Assembly (NCBI GenBank): GCA_963728205.1
Contig: CAVSIV010000002.1
Location: forward strand, 576,001 to 640,000
Reading direction: 5' to 3'
DNA: 64,000 nucleotides
Source: an uncultured Chloroflexia bacterium
GTDB lineage: Bacteria > Chloroflexota > Dehalococcoidia > UBA2979
The position numbers and the translations under genes are program-made. This document shows, one piece after another, positions 10,014 through 19,382 of this stretch. The notes beneath the pieces are model-generated. The model was not told the DNA's origin. It ran no database searches and saw only the letters and a list, made by a program, of their open reading frames with translations. How positions within the stretch are numbered: the stretch's first letter is position 1; each line of letters begins with the position of its first letter.

Positions 10014-11221
10014 GCCCGTTCCGCTTCCTCACCGCCGGCGAGTCGCACGGCAAGGGCCTCGTCGCCGTCGTCGAGGGTGTGCCCGCCGGCCTGCCGCTCA
10101 CCGAGGACCAGGTCGCGGCGGACCTCGCGCGCCGCCAGGGCGGCTACGGGCGCGGCAAGCGCCAGCAGATCGAGCGCGATCGCGCCGAGATCGTCTCGGG
10201 CGTGCGTCACGGCCGCACCATCGGCTCGCCGATCGCGATGACGATCCCCAACGCCGATCACGACAACGCGAACTGGCGCGTGCGCATGGCCGTCGAGGCC
10301 GTGGACGAAGAGGTGGAGCGCGTCACGCTGCTGCGTCCCGGCCACGCGGATCTCGCCGGCACGCAGAAGTACGGGCTCGACGACGTGCGTCCGATCCTCG
10401 AGCGCTCCAGCGCGCGCGAGACGACCGCGCGCGTCGCCGTCGGCGCCGTCGCGCGCGCGCTGATCGCGGAGCTGGGCATCGCCGTGCACTCGCACACGCT
10501 CTCGGTCGGCGCGGTCCGCGCGACCGTGCCGGCGCGCATCGACTGGGCCGCCGTCGACGCCTCGCCGATGCGCGTGGCCGACCCCGCGATCGAGCAGGCG
10601 ATGATCGACGAGGTCGACCGCACGAAGGAGGCGCTCGACACGATCGGCGGCGTCTTCGAGGTGCGCGCGAGCGGCCTGCCCTTCGGGCTCGGCAGCCACG
10701 TGCACTGGGACCGGCGGCTCGAGGGCCGGCTGGCGCAGGCCGTGATGTCGATCAACGCCGTGAAGGCGGTCGAGGTCGGGGAGGGCGTCGAGGGCGCGTC
10801 GCTGCGTGGCTCAGAGGTACAGGACGTGATCCTGCCGGTCGACGCCTGGGAACGACGGCCGTGGGAGCGGGCGTCCAACCGCGCCGGCGGCCTCGAGGGC
10901 GGCATGACGAACGGCGAGGACATCGTCGTGCGCGGCTACCTCAAGCCGATCTCGACGGTGCCGCGCCGCATGCCCACCGCCGATCTGCTCACCGGTGAGG
11001 AGACGACGTCGTTCTACGAGCGCTCGGACGCGTGCGTCGTGCCGGCGGGGGGCGTGATCGGCGAGGCGATGGTCGCGATCGTGTTGGCCGACGCCGTGCT
11101 TGAGAAATTCGGCGGCGATCACGTCGCGGAGCTCCGCCGGAACTTCGAGGCATTCATCGCCACGGTCGGGCCGCGCGAGCCGCGCACACCCTTCCGCCCG
11201 GCGGGCGGGCGCGCCCTGTGA
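10010..11221 (+). CDS. aroC: Chorismate synthase
   Basis: RFLTAGESHG, RRQGGYGRG, RPGHAD, ERSSARET, NRAGGLEGG, KPIST, ERSDAC. Confidence 0.97.
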   Translation: MSPFRFLTAGESHGKGLVAVVEGVPAGLPLTEDQVAADLARRQGGYGRGKRQQIERDRAEIVSGVRHGRTIGSPIAMTIPNADHDNANWRVRMAVEAVDEEVERVTLLRPGHADLAGTQKYGLDDVRPILERSSARETTARVAVGAVARALIAELGIAVHSHTLSVGAVRATVPARIDWAAVDASPMRVADPAIEQAMIDEVDRTKEALDTIGGVFEVRASGLPFGLGSHVHWDRRLEGRLAQAVMSINAVKAVEVGEGVEGASLRGSEVQDVILPVDAWERRPWERASNRAGGLEGGMTNGEDIVVRGYLKPISTVPRRMPTADLLTGEETTSFYERSDACVVPAGGVIGEAMVAIVLADAVLEKFGGDHVAELRRNFEAFIATVGPREPRTPFRPAGGRAL

Positions 11222-12936
11222 CGGTGCAGCAGATCGTCCTGATCGGCCTTTCCGGCGTCGGCAAGTCCACGGTCGGGCGGCGGCTCGCGGAACGGCTGGG
11301 CTGGCCGTTCGTCGACACGGACGACGAGGTCACGCGCCGCGAGGGCGCCTCGCCGGCGGACATCCTCGTGCAGCAGGGCGAGCCGGCGTTCCGGAAGATC
11401 GAGGAGCGTGTCGTCGTCGAGGCGGCGAAGCGCACCCCGGGGGTGATCGCGACGGGCGGCGGCGCCTTCCTCAGCGCGCGCTCGCGTCGCGCGCTGGGCG
11501 AGCACGGCTTCATCTGCTATCTCGACGCCACGCCGGGGGAGATCGCGCGGCGCGTGCGCGCCGGCGCCGGCGAGGCGCGCGGCGGCGCGATGCGCCCGCT
11601 CCTCGGCAACAACGACGCGCAGCTCGAGTCGCGCCTCGCGGAGCTCGACGACGCGCGCCGCCCGTTCTACAACCACGCCAATCTCTGGGTCCCCGTGCAG
11701 GCGAGCGGCGGCGACGGCGTCTCCGCCGACGTCGAGCCGACCGTGCGCCGCATCATCGCCGCGTGGGCGGCCGAGGCCGAGGACCGTCTCGCCAGCCCCG
11801 GGCGCCTCGAGCGGCTCGGCCACCCCGACCCCGCACGGGGCCCGGCCGCCATCGTCGACACCGGGCGCGAGCGCTACCCCGTCTGGGTCGGCACCGGCGA
11901 GTACGAGCGCCTGCCCGACCGCCTCGCGCAGATCGGCCTCACCGATCGCCGCGTCTTCCTCGTCTCGGACGCCTCCGTCATGGAGCGCCACGGGCGCGCG
12001 GTCGCCGAGGCGCTCGACGCCGGCGGCATCGCCGGCGCGTCGTACATCGTGCCGGCCGGCGAGGCGTCGAAGAGCGCGCGCGTCGCGGACGAGCTCTACG
12101 GGTGGCTCGCGGAGCAGCGCGCCGAGCGGCGCGACGTCGTGCTGGCGCTGGGCGGCGGCGTGGTCACGGACCTCGCGGGGTTCGTCGCCGCCACGTACCT
12201 GCGCGGGATGCCGCTCGTGCAGCTGCCGACGTCGGTGCTCGGCATGAACGACGCCGCGATCGGCGGGAAGGTCGCCGTGGACCTGCCCGTCGGCAAGAAC
12301 CTGGTGGGCGCGTTCCACCAGCCGCGCGGGGTGATCAGCGACGTCGCGACGCTGCGCACCCTCCCGCGTCGCACCTACGCCGAGGGCTTCGCCGAGGTGA
12401 TCAAGCACGCGCTGATCCTCGACCCGGTCCTGCTGCGCATCCTCCGCGACGAGGCCCCGCGGCTGACCGGCGTCGATCCCGACCTCGACCTGCTCGCGGA
12501 CGTCGTGGGCCGGTCGTCGCGCCTGAAGGCGCTGATCGTCTCCAGCGACCCGACGGAGCAGGGCCTGCGCCGCATCCTCAACTACGGCCACACGATCGGC
12601 CACGGCGTGGAGACGGCGGGCGGGTACGAGACGTACCGGCACGGCGAGGCCGTCTCGATCGGCATGATGGGCGCGGCGCGCATCGGGGCCGCGCTCGGGC
12701 TCGTGAGCGCGGACTTCGTCGACGACCAGGCGCACCTCCTGCGCCTCTACGGCCTGCCCACCGATGCCGCCGGCGCCGACGCCGCCGCCGTGCTCGCGGC
12801 GATGCGCCTCGACAAGAAGATCGAGCGCGGGCAGTTCCGCTTCGTGCTGCTCGAAGGCGCCGGCCGCGCCGTCGTGCGCGGCGACGTGCCGGACGACCTC
12901 GTCGAACGCACGGTGCGCGCGCTGGTGAGCGGCTGA
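11218..12936 (+). CDS. aroB: Fused shikimate kinase / 3-dehydroquinate synthase (AroK-AroB)
   Basis: N-half GLSGVGKST, FVDTD, GEPAFR, ATGGG, RPLL; C-half GGGVVTDLAGF, GKNLVGAFHQP, EVIKH, LNYGHTIGH, HGEAV, DKK. Confidence 0.93.
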   Translation: MTVQQIVLIGLSGVGKSTVGRRLAERLGWPFVDTDDEVTRREGASPADILVQQGEPAFRKIEERVVVEAAKRTPGVIATGGGAFLSARSRRALGEHGFICYLDATPGEIARRVRAGAGEARGGAMRPLLGNNDAQLESRLAELDDARRPFYNHANLWVPVQASGGDGVSADVEPTVRRIIAAWAAEAEDRLASPGRLERLGHPDPARGPAAIVDTGRERYPVWVGTGEYERLPDRLAQIGLTDRRVFLVSDASVMERHGRAVAEALDAGGIAGASYIVPAGEASKSARVADELYGWLAEQRAERRDVVLALGGGVVTDLAGFVAATYLRGMPLVQLPTSVLGMNDAAIGGKVAVDLPVGKNLVGAFHQPRGVISDVATLRTLPRRTYAEGFAEVIKHALILDPVLLRILRDEAPRLTGVDPDLDLLADVVGRSSRLKALIVSSDPTEQGLRRILNYGHTIGHGVETAGGYETYRHGEAVSIGMMGAARIGAALGLVSADFVDDQAHLLRLYGLPTDAAGADAAAVLAAMRLDKKIERGQFRFVLLEGAGRAVVRGDVPDDLVERTVRALVSG

Positions 12937-12937
12937 C

Positions 12938-13222
12938 GTGGCGCGCGCGCTCCGGCGGATCGTCGCGCTCGCGAAGGGGCGCGTGCAGGGCGTCGGCTAC
13001 CGCGCCTTCTGCGCCGACGCCGCGATGCGACTCAACGTCGACGGCTTCGCGCGCAATCTCCCGGACGGCCGCGTCGAGGTCGTGGCCGAGGCCGATGAGG
13101 CGACGCTCCGGCAGCTCGTCGAGCGCCTGCGCGAGGGCCCGCCGCATGCGCGCGTCGAGGACGTCTCGTACCGCTGGGAGGAGCCGACCGGCGAGTACCG
13201 CGGTTTCGAAGCGGTGATCTGA
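12938..13222 (+). CDS. acyP: Acylphosphatase
   Basis: GRVQGVGYR and NLPDGRVE motifs, 94 aa. Confidence 0.92.
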   Translation: MARALRRIVALAKGRVQGVGYRAFCADAAMRLNVDGFARNLPDGRVEVVAEADEATLRQLVERLREGPPHARVEDVSYRWEEPTGEYRGFEAVI

Positions 13223-13267
13223 GCGGCCCGGCTCGGCCCACGCGGCGGCACCCGGTACGATCCCCCG

Positions 13268-13843
13268 ATGACGACTCGCCCGAGCGTTCCCGTGCTCGCC
13301 GGCACGACGATCACGCTGCGTCCGCTGTGCGACGGCGATCGCGACGCCCGCCACGCCCTGGGCCGCGACCCCGAGTTCGTGCGCATGAACGGCGGCGATC
13401 CGCACCGCGCGACGACGTTCACGCACGCCGACGCCGACCGCTGGTACCGCGGCTTCCCGCAGTCGCTGCGCTGGGTGATCGAGCAGGACGGTCGCATGCT
13501 CGGCGAGACGCGGCTGGACCTCGTGGACGCGGCCGACCGGCGCGCGCGGTTCGCCATCGGGATCTTCACGCCGTCCGGGCGCGACCGCGGCATCGGCACG
13601 GAGGCGACACGCCTCGTCCTCGACTACGCGTTCGGCCCGCTGCACCTCGCGGAGGTCATGCTGCGGGTGCTCTCGATCAACGCACGCGCCATCCGCTGTT
13701 ACGAGAAGTGCGGCTTCGTGATCTACGCCGTCGAGCGCGAGCACGCGTACGTCGACGGCCGGTGGCAGGACGACCTGCTGATGCGCGTCGATGCCGACGT
13801 GCATCGCGCGCGGCGCGCCGTCGAGCGCGGCGACGCGCCGTGA
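13268..13843 (+). CDS. GNAT (RimJ/RimL-like) N-acetyltransferase
   Basis: ITLRPL, RDRGIGTEA, NARAIRCYEKCGF. Confidence 0.88.
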   Translation: MTTRPSVPVLAGTTITLRPLCDGDRDARHALGRDPEFVRMNGGDPHRATTFTHADADRWYRGFPQSLRWVIEQDGRMLGETRLDLVDAADRRARFAIGIFTPSGRDRGIGTEATRLVLDYAFGPLHLAEVMLRVLSINARAIRCYEKCGFVIYAVEREHAYVDGRWQDDLLMRVDADVHRARRAVERGDAP

Positions 13844-14744
13844 CGGACGCGCCGCCGGTCGACCTGGTCGCTCGCGCGGAGGGACTGCTCGGCGCGCGGG
13901 TGCGCGACGCGCGTCGCCCGGCCGGCGGATACACGAACGCCGAGCGCTGGGTGCTGCGCTTCGTCGACGGGCGCTCCGCGTTCGCGAAGGGCGGCGTTGA
14001 CGCGCAGACCGCGGAGTGGCTGCGCGCCGAGCACCGCTTCTGCCGCGCCCGGGACGACGACTTTGTGCCGCGCCTCCTGGCGGCGGACGTGGACACCGCG
14101 TTGCCGCTGGTGTTGTTCGAGGACCTGAGCGCCGCGACGTGGCCGCCACCGTGGACGCCGGCACAGATCGCGGCGCTCGGCGCGACGCTCGCCCGCGTGG
14201 CAGCGAATCCGCCGCCGCCGTGGCTGCCGTCGCTGGAGGCGGCGCGCGACTCGCTCTCGGGGTGGCACACGGTCGCGCGCGACCCCGCGCCGTTCCTCGG
14301 CCTGGAGTTGGTGACGGCCGGCTGGCTCGACGCGTCGCTGCCGGTGCTGCTCGCCGCGGAGGCCGCCGTCGTGCTCGCGGGCGACGCGCTCGTCCACCTC
14401 GACGTGCGCAGCGACAACGTCTGCTTCGCCGGCGACCGCGTCGTCCTGGTCGACTGGAACGGCGCAGCGCGTGGCAGCGCGATGCTCGATCGCACGGCTG
14501 GCTGCCGGCGCTGCACCAGGAGGGCGGGCCGGCGCCGTGGGAGCTGTGCGCGGAGAGCGACGGCTACGCCGCGCTGCTCGCCGGCTACTTCGCGGCGCGT
14601 GCCGGCCTGCCGCTGATCCCGCACGCGCCGCGCGTGCGGGACGTCCAGCGCCGGCAGCTGCGCTCGGCGCTGCCGTGGGCCGTGCGGGAGCTCGGGCTGG
14701 CCGCGCCGGACGGGCGGGCGCGGGAAGAGCTGGGCGCGGACTAA
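13840..14744 (+). CDS. Aminoglycoside phosphotransferase (APH)/choline-kinase-like protein, apparent frameshift near 14496
   Basis: GGYTN, FAK, HLDVRSDN, LVDW in the frame of ORF 13327..14616; continues GWLPALHQEGGPAP...RELGL in the frame of ORF 14016..14744. Confidence 0.78.
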
Positions 14745-15394
14745 TCGTCTCGGCGGCGACGGATGCTGAGGCGCACGGACTTCGGCAGGCTCACGCCCTT
14801 GAGCTGCTCAACCATCGTCAGCACGGGCCGCGCGATCATGTCGCGCACGAAGCCCATCGCCTCGACCGGTTGCTGGTCGACTTCGATCTGCATCTCGATC
14901 TCGGGCCGGCCGTCCAGCAGCCGCTGCTCGACGAGGTCGGCGACGCCGCCCGTCTCGCCCGGGCCAAACGTCGCGAACGCGCCGGCGATCTCCTCGGACG
15001 ACACGACCGCGAACAGGTCGTCGCCGCTCGTCGCGAGCGCCGCCGCGCCCGGCGGCGAGAGCTCGATCGCGGGATAGCCCGCGTCGTCGAAGCCCTCCGC
15101 GAGCAGCAGGTCGACGCTCGGATCGATCGACGCCACCACGGACTTCAGCCCGGGCAGCGCCATCGTGCGCTCGAGCGTGACGCGGCCGCCGTTCGACAGC
15201 ACGATCACGGTGGCTGCCGCCCCGGCGTCGAGCTGGCGAGCGGCGTCGGCGTCGAGCAGCGCCGACTCGATCGCCTCGCGTCGCACGACGGTGGCGACGC
15301 GGTAGCCGCGCGTGCGCAGCGCCTCCACCAGCGAGACGATCAGCAGCGTCTTTCCCGAGCCCGCCGGGCCAACCACGCGAAGCACCGCGGCCAC
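14741..15394 (-). CDS. mobB: Molybdopterin-guanine dinucleotide biosynthesis protein B-like P-loop protein
   Basis: GPAGSGKT P-loop, DLLLAEGF, short C-terminal domain; directly downstream of moeA; GTG start at 15394. Confidence 0.75.
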   Translation of the reverse strand: MAAVLRVVGPAGSGKTLLIVSLVEALRTRGYRVATVVRREAIESALLDADAARQLDAGAAATVIVLSNGGRVTLERTMALPGLKSVVASIDPSVDLLLAEGFDDAGYPAIELSPPGAAALATSGDDLFAVVSSEEIAGAFATFGPGETGGVADLVEQRLLDGRPEIEMQIEVDQQPVEAMGFVRDMIARPVLTMVEQLKGVSLPKSVRLSIRRRRDD

Positions 15395-15396
15395 GG

Positions 15397-16773
15397 CTAC
15401 GCTCCCGCGTCCGTGCGACGCGCCGGCGGTACCGGGGCATCGCGGTCGACGAGGATCGCGTCGCACTCGTCGCCCGGCTCGATCGTCGCGACGTCTTCCG
15501 GGCAGATCGCGTAACCGTTCGCGAGCGACATCGAAGTAAGCACGCCCGACCCCTGCGGCCCCGTGAGGTGCGCGACCCAGCGCCCGTCCTCCTCGGTGAG
15601 GACACAGCGCGCGTAGAAGCGGCGCAGGTCGGAGTTGTGGATGCGATCGGCGGCGATCGCGCGCACGGTGGGGCGCGGCCAGGCGTCGGGCTTGCCGAGC
15701 ATCGTGAACATCGCCGCGCGACCGAACAGCTCGAAGGTCATCATCGCGGAGACCGGGTTGCCGGGCAGGCCGAGGTGCGGCACGGGGCCGCGCGGCCCGC
15801 GGAACACGCCGAAGGCAAGCGGCTTGCCCGGCTTCATGCGCACGGTCCAGAACCCGATCTCGCCCTCGTTCGCCAGCACCGTCTTCACGACGTCGAAGTC
15901 GCCGCGCGAGACGCCCGCGGAGGTAACGAGCATGTCGGCGCCCTCGAGTCCCTCGCGGATGCGCGCGGTCAGCGCCTCGACCGTGTCGAGCGCGACGTCG
16001 AGCACGCGCGGCACGCCGCCGAACGCCTGCACCTGCGCCGCGAGGGAGAACGCGTTCGCGTCATAGATCTTGCCGGGCGCGAGCGGCTGGCCCGGGCGCA
16101 GCAACTCGTCGCCGGTCGACAGCACGGCGACGACGGGCCGCCGGTAGACGCGCGCCGTCGCGCGGCCGAGCGACGCCAGCACGCCGACCTGCGCCGGTTG
16201 CAGCACGGTGCCGCGCGACAGCACCAGCTCGCCGGCCTTCACGTCCTCGCCGGCGACGCGGATGTTCGCACCGGGCTTGGCCTCGACGTCGATGCGCACG
16301 CGCTCGCGCGGCGCATCCTCCCAGCGGCCGAGCTCCTGCTCGTCGGTCTCCTCGAACGGCACGATGCTGTCGGCCCCCTGGGGCATCGGCGCGCCGGTCA
16401 TGATGCGGACGGCCTGGCCGGGACCGACGCTGCCGTCATAGACCGAGCCGGCGGCCAGGTATCCGACGACGTCCAGGTGCACAGGGCTGTCGTAGGTCGC
16501 GCCGCGCGTGTCCTCCGCACGGACGGCGTAGCCGTCCATCGCGGTGTTCGGCAGCGGCGGGATGCTGAAGCCGGCGGTGACGTCCTCGGCGAGCACCTGG
16601 CCGAGCACGGACACGCCGCCGCCGGGCGCGACGAGCGGCACCTCGGCGGGCTCGAGCGTGTGGAAGTGCGCGAGGATGCGGGCGCGCGCCTCCTCCACCG
16701 AGATCATGTCCGGCGGGAGGATGCTCCGCGTGCTGGTGGTGGTGGCGCTGTAGGTCTGTTCGTCGTTCGTCAC
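15397..16773 (-). CDS. moeA: Molybdopterin molybdotransferase MoeA
   Basis: AMDGYAVR, RIMTGAPMP, STGDEL, SAGVSRGDFD, MKPGKP, LPGNPVS, QGSG. Confidence 0.96.
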   Translation of the reverse strand: MTNDEQTYSATTTSTRSILPPDMISVEEARARILAHFHTLEPAEVPLVAPGGGVSVLGQVLAEDVTAGFSIPPLPNTAMDGYAVRAEDTRGATYDSPVHLDVVGYLAAGSVYDGSVGPGQAVRIMTGAPMPQGADSIVPFEETDEQELGRWEDAPRERVRIDVEAKPGANIRVAGEDVKAGELVLSRGTVLQPAQVGVLASLGRATARVYRRPVVAVLSTGDELLRPGQPLAPGKIYDANAFSLAAQVQAFGGVPRVLDVALDTVEALTARIREGLEGADMLVTSAGVSRGDFDVVKTVLANEGEIGFWTVRMKPGKPLAFGVFRGPRGPVPHLGLPGNPVSAMMTFELFGRAAMFTMLGKPDAWPRPTVRAIAADRIHNSDLRRFYARCVLTEEDGRWVAHLTGPQGSGVLTSMSLANGYAICPEDVATIEPGDECDAILVDRDAPVPPARRTDAGA

Positions 16774-16836
16774 GTCCGCAGTGTATCGAGGCGAGCGCCC
16801 GCGTTCACACGGGGCGCTCGCGAGCGACCACGCGCG

Positions 16837-17007
16837 CTACTTCTTGCGACCCGCCGCGCGGGCGACCCAGCCCGATGCCGTCGTGTTCGAGAACTCGCGC
16901 TCCGCGCCGCAGAACTTGCAGACGCCGTTGCTCGTCGGGCCGCCGGGTCGCGGGAGGACCCAGTGGTGGGAGCACAGCTGCGTCGTCGTCGCGCGGTCGG
17001 ATGGCAT
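16837..17007 (-). CDS. Small (56 aa) putative zinc-ribbon protein
   Basis: AGGAG SD 8 nt before ATG 17007; CSHHW...GPTSNGVCKFCG...FSN; basic tail. Confidence 0.7.
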   Translation of the reverse strand: MPSDRATTTQLCSHHWVLPRPGGPTSNGVCKFCGAEREFSNTTASGWVARAAGRKK

Positions 17008-17140
17008 AGGGGAGACTCCTCGCAGCAGCGTGGCCCGGCAATGCAGTGGACTGGGCGCGTCGTGACAATAGCAGAACGCCATGGGCCCTGCGCATGGGCG
17101 GCGAAGCGAATTCCCGGGGCCGCGCGCGGGCGCCTGGGCA

Positions 17141-17175
17141 GACGAAGGGGGACCCCGTACGGGTCCCCCTTCGTC
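17141..17175. terminator. Perfect 15-bp hairpin downstream of histone-like gene
   Basis: GACGAAGGGGGACCC-CGTAC-GGGTCCCCCTTCGTC; no U-tract. Confidence 0.6.
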
Positions 17176-17230
17176 AGGTGCAGGCCGAGAGGCTTCGCCG
17201 GGGCGAGCCTTCGTGCCCGAGCACGCAGCC

Positions 17231-17734
17231 CTAGCGGCTCGAGCGCGCCGGGGCCTTCTTCGCCGTCGTGGCGGTCTTGCGGGCGGCCGGCTTCGCGGCG
17301 GTCGCCTTCTTCGCCGGTGCCTTCGCGGCCGGCTTCGCGGCGGTCTTGCGCGCGGCGGGCTTCGCCGCTCCCGTCGTGCGCTTGGCAGCCGGCTTGGCGG
17401 CGGCGGTCGTGCGCTTGGCGGCGGGCTTCGCAGCGGACTTCGTGGCCGCCGTCGTGCGGGCGGCCGGCTTCGCCGTCGTCGTGCGCTTCGCAGCCGGCTT
17501 GGCGGCGGTGGTGCGCTTCGCAGCCGGCTTGGCGGCGGCGGTGCGCTTCGCCGGTGCCTTCGCGGCCGGCTTCGCCGCAGTCTTGCGCGCAGCGGGCTTC
17601 GCCGCGGCCGTCGTGCGCTTCGCGGCCGGCTTCGCCGCCGTGGTCTTCTTCGCCGGCGCCTTCGCCGCGGGCTTGCGGGCGGCGGGCCTGGCGGCCGTCG
17701 CCTTCTTCGCCGGGGTCTTCGCTGCTGGAGCCAT
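17231..17734 (-). CDS. Histone H1-like Lys/Ala/Pro/Thr repeat protein
   Basis: GAGGGAG SD; 167 aa almost wholly of AKPAAK/RTT repeats, with AAG/GCC/CCG codon use. Confidence 0.8.
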   Translation of the reverse strand: MAPAAKTPAKKATAARPAARKPAAKAPAKKTTAAKPAAKRTTAAAKPAARKTAAKPAAKAPAKRTAAAKPAAKRTTAAKPAAKRTTTAKPAARTTAATKSAAKPAAKRTTAAAKPAAKRTTGAAKPAARKTAAKPAAKAPAKKATAAKPAARKTATTAKKAPARSSR

Positions 17735-17788
17735 TAAGCCGATCTCCCTCGCATCTCGTGCAACCCCCGGTGTGACAACGCTTGCACC

Positions 17789-18040
17789 CTATGCAAGGTT
17801 CACCGAGAGACACGTCGTGGTGCGCTGCACGCCGTCGAGGCTCTGGATGTCCGCCGTGATCGACTTGCCGAGCTTGTCGAGATCGTCGGCTTCCAGTTGC
17901 ACGATCACATCGAACGGACCGGTGACCGTGTCCACCGCTGTCACGGTCGCGAACTGCGACTGCAAGTGACGGATGGAGTCACCGACCGCCTGGGTCCGCC
18001 CCACCTCGGTCTCGACGAGGACGTACCCCTTGATGCTCAT
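17789..18040 (-). CDS. Stand-alone Lrp/AsnC ligand-binding domain protein (no HTH)
   Basis: GGAGGG SD; 83 aa with YVLVETEVG...VTGPFDVIV...IQSLDGVQRTTT. Confidence 0.88.
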   Translation of the reverse strand: MSIKGYVLVETEVGRTQAVGDSIRHLQSQFATVTAVDTVTGPFDVIVQLEADDLDKLGKSITADIQSLDGVQRTTTCLSVNLA

Positions 18041-18107
18041 CGTGCCCTCCTCGATCGGATGCATGCACCGATCGCGTTGGCGCAGTGCGCATGCCCGTTG
18101 TCCGAGC

Positions 18108-18137
18108 ATCGTGCGCTGCGTAATGAAAGAGTGTCAA
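18108..18137 (-). promoter_or_regulatory. Putative promoter for the Lrp-domain / H1-like genes
   Basis: Minus strand TTGACA (18137-18132), 18 nt spacer, CACGAT (18113-18108). Confidence 0.5.
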
Positions 18138-18326
18138 CGGTTTTCGCGTTGTGCGACATACCCACCACCCCGATCTTGCGTGCGTCACGATCGCGCGCGA
18201 CGCACGCGCTTCGCGGTGATCGATCGCGAGGCGATGGCGCGGTCGCGCGCGGCCATGGTCGCGTCGCACACGACCCCGGCGATCGCGCTGTGGAAGGCAC
18301 GCGCAGCGTTCCGTAGACTCGCTCGC

Positions 18327-19382
18327 ATGACGACGAGCACCGGCATGGATCGCATCGCGGAGATCGAGGCAGAGGCGCGCGCGTCGCTCGCTGCGGTCGA
18401 CGACGAAGCGGCGCTCGACGCGTGGCGCACGCGCGTGCTCGGACGCTCCGGTGCGCTGACGCAGGTGCTGCGCAGCATCGGAGCGCTCGACGCCGACGAA
18501 CGCCGCGCGGTCGGACAGGCCGCGAACGCCGCGAAGGACGCGCTGGAGTCCGCGCTCGACGCACGTCGGGCAGAGCTGCGCGAAGCCGCGCTCGCGCGCT
18601 CGGCCGGCGACGCGCTCGACGTCACGCTGCCGGGGCGACCGCGCCGGCCCGGCCGGCTGCACCCGGTCACGCGCACGCTGCAGGAGATCCTCGACATCTT
18701 CGGCCGCATGGGCTTCGCCGCGATCGAAGGACCCGAGGTCGAGCTCGACGACTACAACTTCGGGCGCCTGCGCATCCCGGAGCATCATCCCGCGCGCGAC
18801 ATGTGGGACACGTTCTGGGTGGACGAGGACGTCGACGGCCGGAACCCGCTGCTGCTGCGCACGCACACCAGCCCGATGCAGATCCGCTACCTCGACGTGC
18901 ACGAGCCGCCGATCCGCATCGTGGTGCCGGGCCGCTGCTATCGCTACGAGGCCACGGACGCGACCCACGAGTGGATGATGCACCAGGTCGAGGTGCTCGC
19001 CGTCGACGAGGGCATCTCGATGGCCGACCTCAAGGGCACGCTGCAGGAGTTCGCGCGACAGATGTTCGGACCCGAGCGACGCGTCCTCCTGCGCAACTCC
19101 TACTTCCCATTCGTCGAACCGGGCGTCGAGCTCGCCGTCGACTGCTTCAACTGCCCCGGCAACGACCCGCGGTGCCCCGTGTGCCGGGGCTCCGGGTGGC
19201 TCGAGATCATGGGCGCCGGCATGGTGCACCCCGAGATTGTCGCATCGGCGGGGTACGACCCGGAGCGCTACACGGGCTTCGCGGCCGGGATGGGCGCCGA
19301 GCGCATCGCGATGCTGAAGTACGGCATCGACGACATCCGCAACTTCTACGCGAACGACCTCCGCTTCCTGCGCCAGTTCTAG
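18327..19382 (+). CDS. pheS: Phenylalanine--tRNA ligase alpha subunit
   Basis: GRLHP, HPARDMWDTF, LLRTHTSPMQ, DATH, YFPFVEPG, EIMGAGMVHP, GAERIAMLKYGIDDIR. Confidence 0.97.
   Translation: MTTSTGMDRIAEIEAEARASLAAVDDEAALDAWRTRVLGRSGALTQVLRSIGALDADERRAVGQAANAAKDALESALDARRAELREAALARSAGDALDVTLPGRPRRPGRLHPVTRTLQEILDIFGRMGFAAIEGPEVELDDYNFGRLRIPEHHPARDMWDTFWVDEDVDGRNPLLLRTHTSPMQIRYLDVHEPPIRIVVPGRCYRYEATDATHEWMMHQVEVLAVDEGISMADLKGTLQEFARQMFGPERRVLLRNSYFPFVEPGVELAVDCFNCPGNDPRCPVCRGSGWLEIMGAGMVHPEIVASAGYDPERYTGFAAGMGAERIAMLKYGIDDIRNFYANDLRFLRQF

Noticed and set aside
11218-12936. AroK-AroB fusion as a novelty
   Set aside because: The fusion is known from several bacterial groups.
13840-14744. Antibiotic resistance gene
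   Set aside because: Only a generic APH/kinase fold is visible, with no recognisable similarity to characterised resistance enzymes and no mobile context.
17231-17734. Tandem repeats as a possible CRISPR array
   Set aside because: The repeats are in-frame, degenerate coding units with no unique spacers, and there are no cas genes.
17268-17969. Hydrophobic repeat ORF (AAGFAAVVRF) on the plus strand
   Set aside because: It is the antisense of the H1-like gene, which has the SD, operon context and downstream hairpin.
19140-19190. CxxC...CxxC in PheS and Cys/His-rich inserts in AlaS
   Set aside because: Such inserts are common in these synthetases and are not novel.
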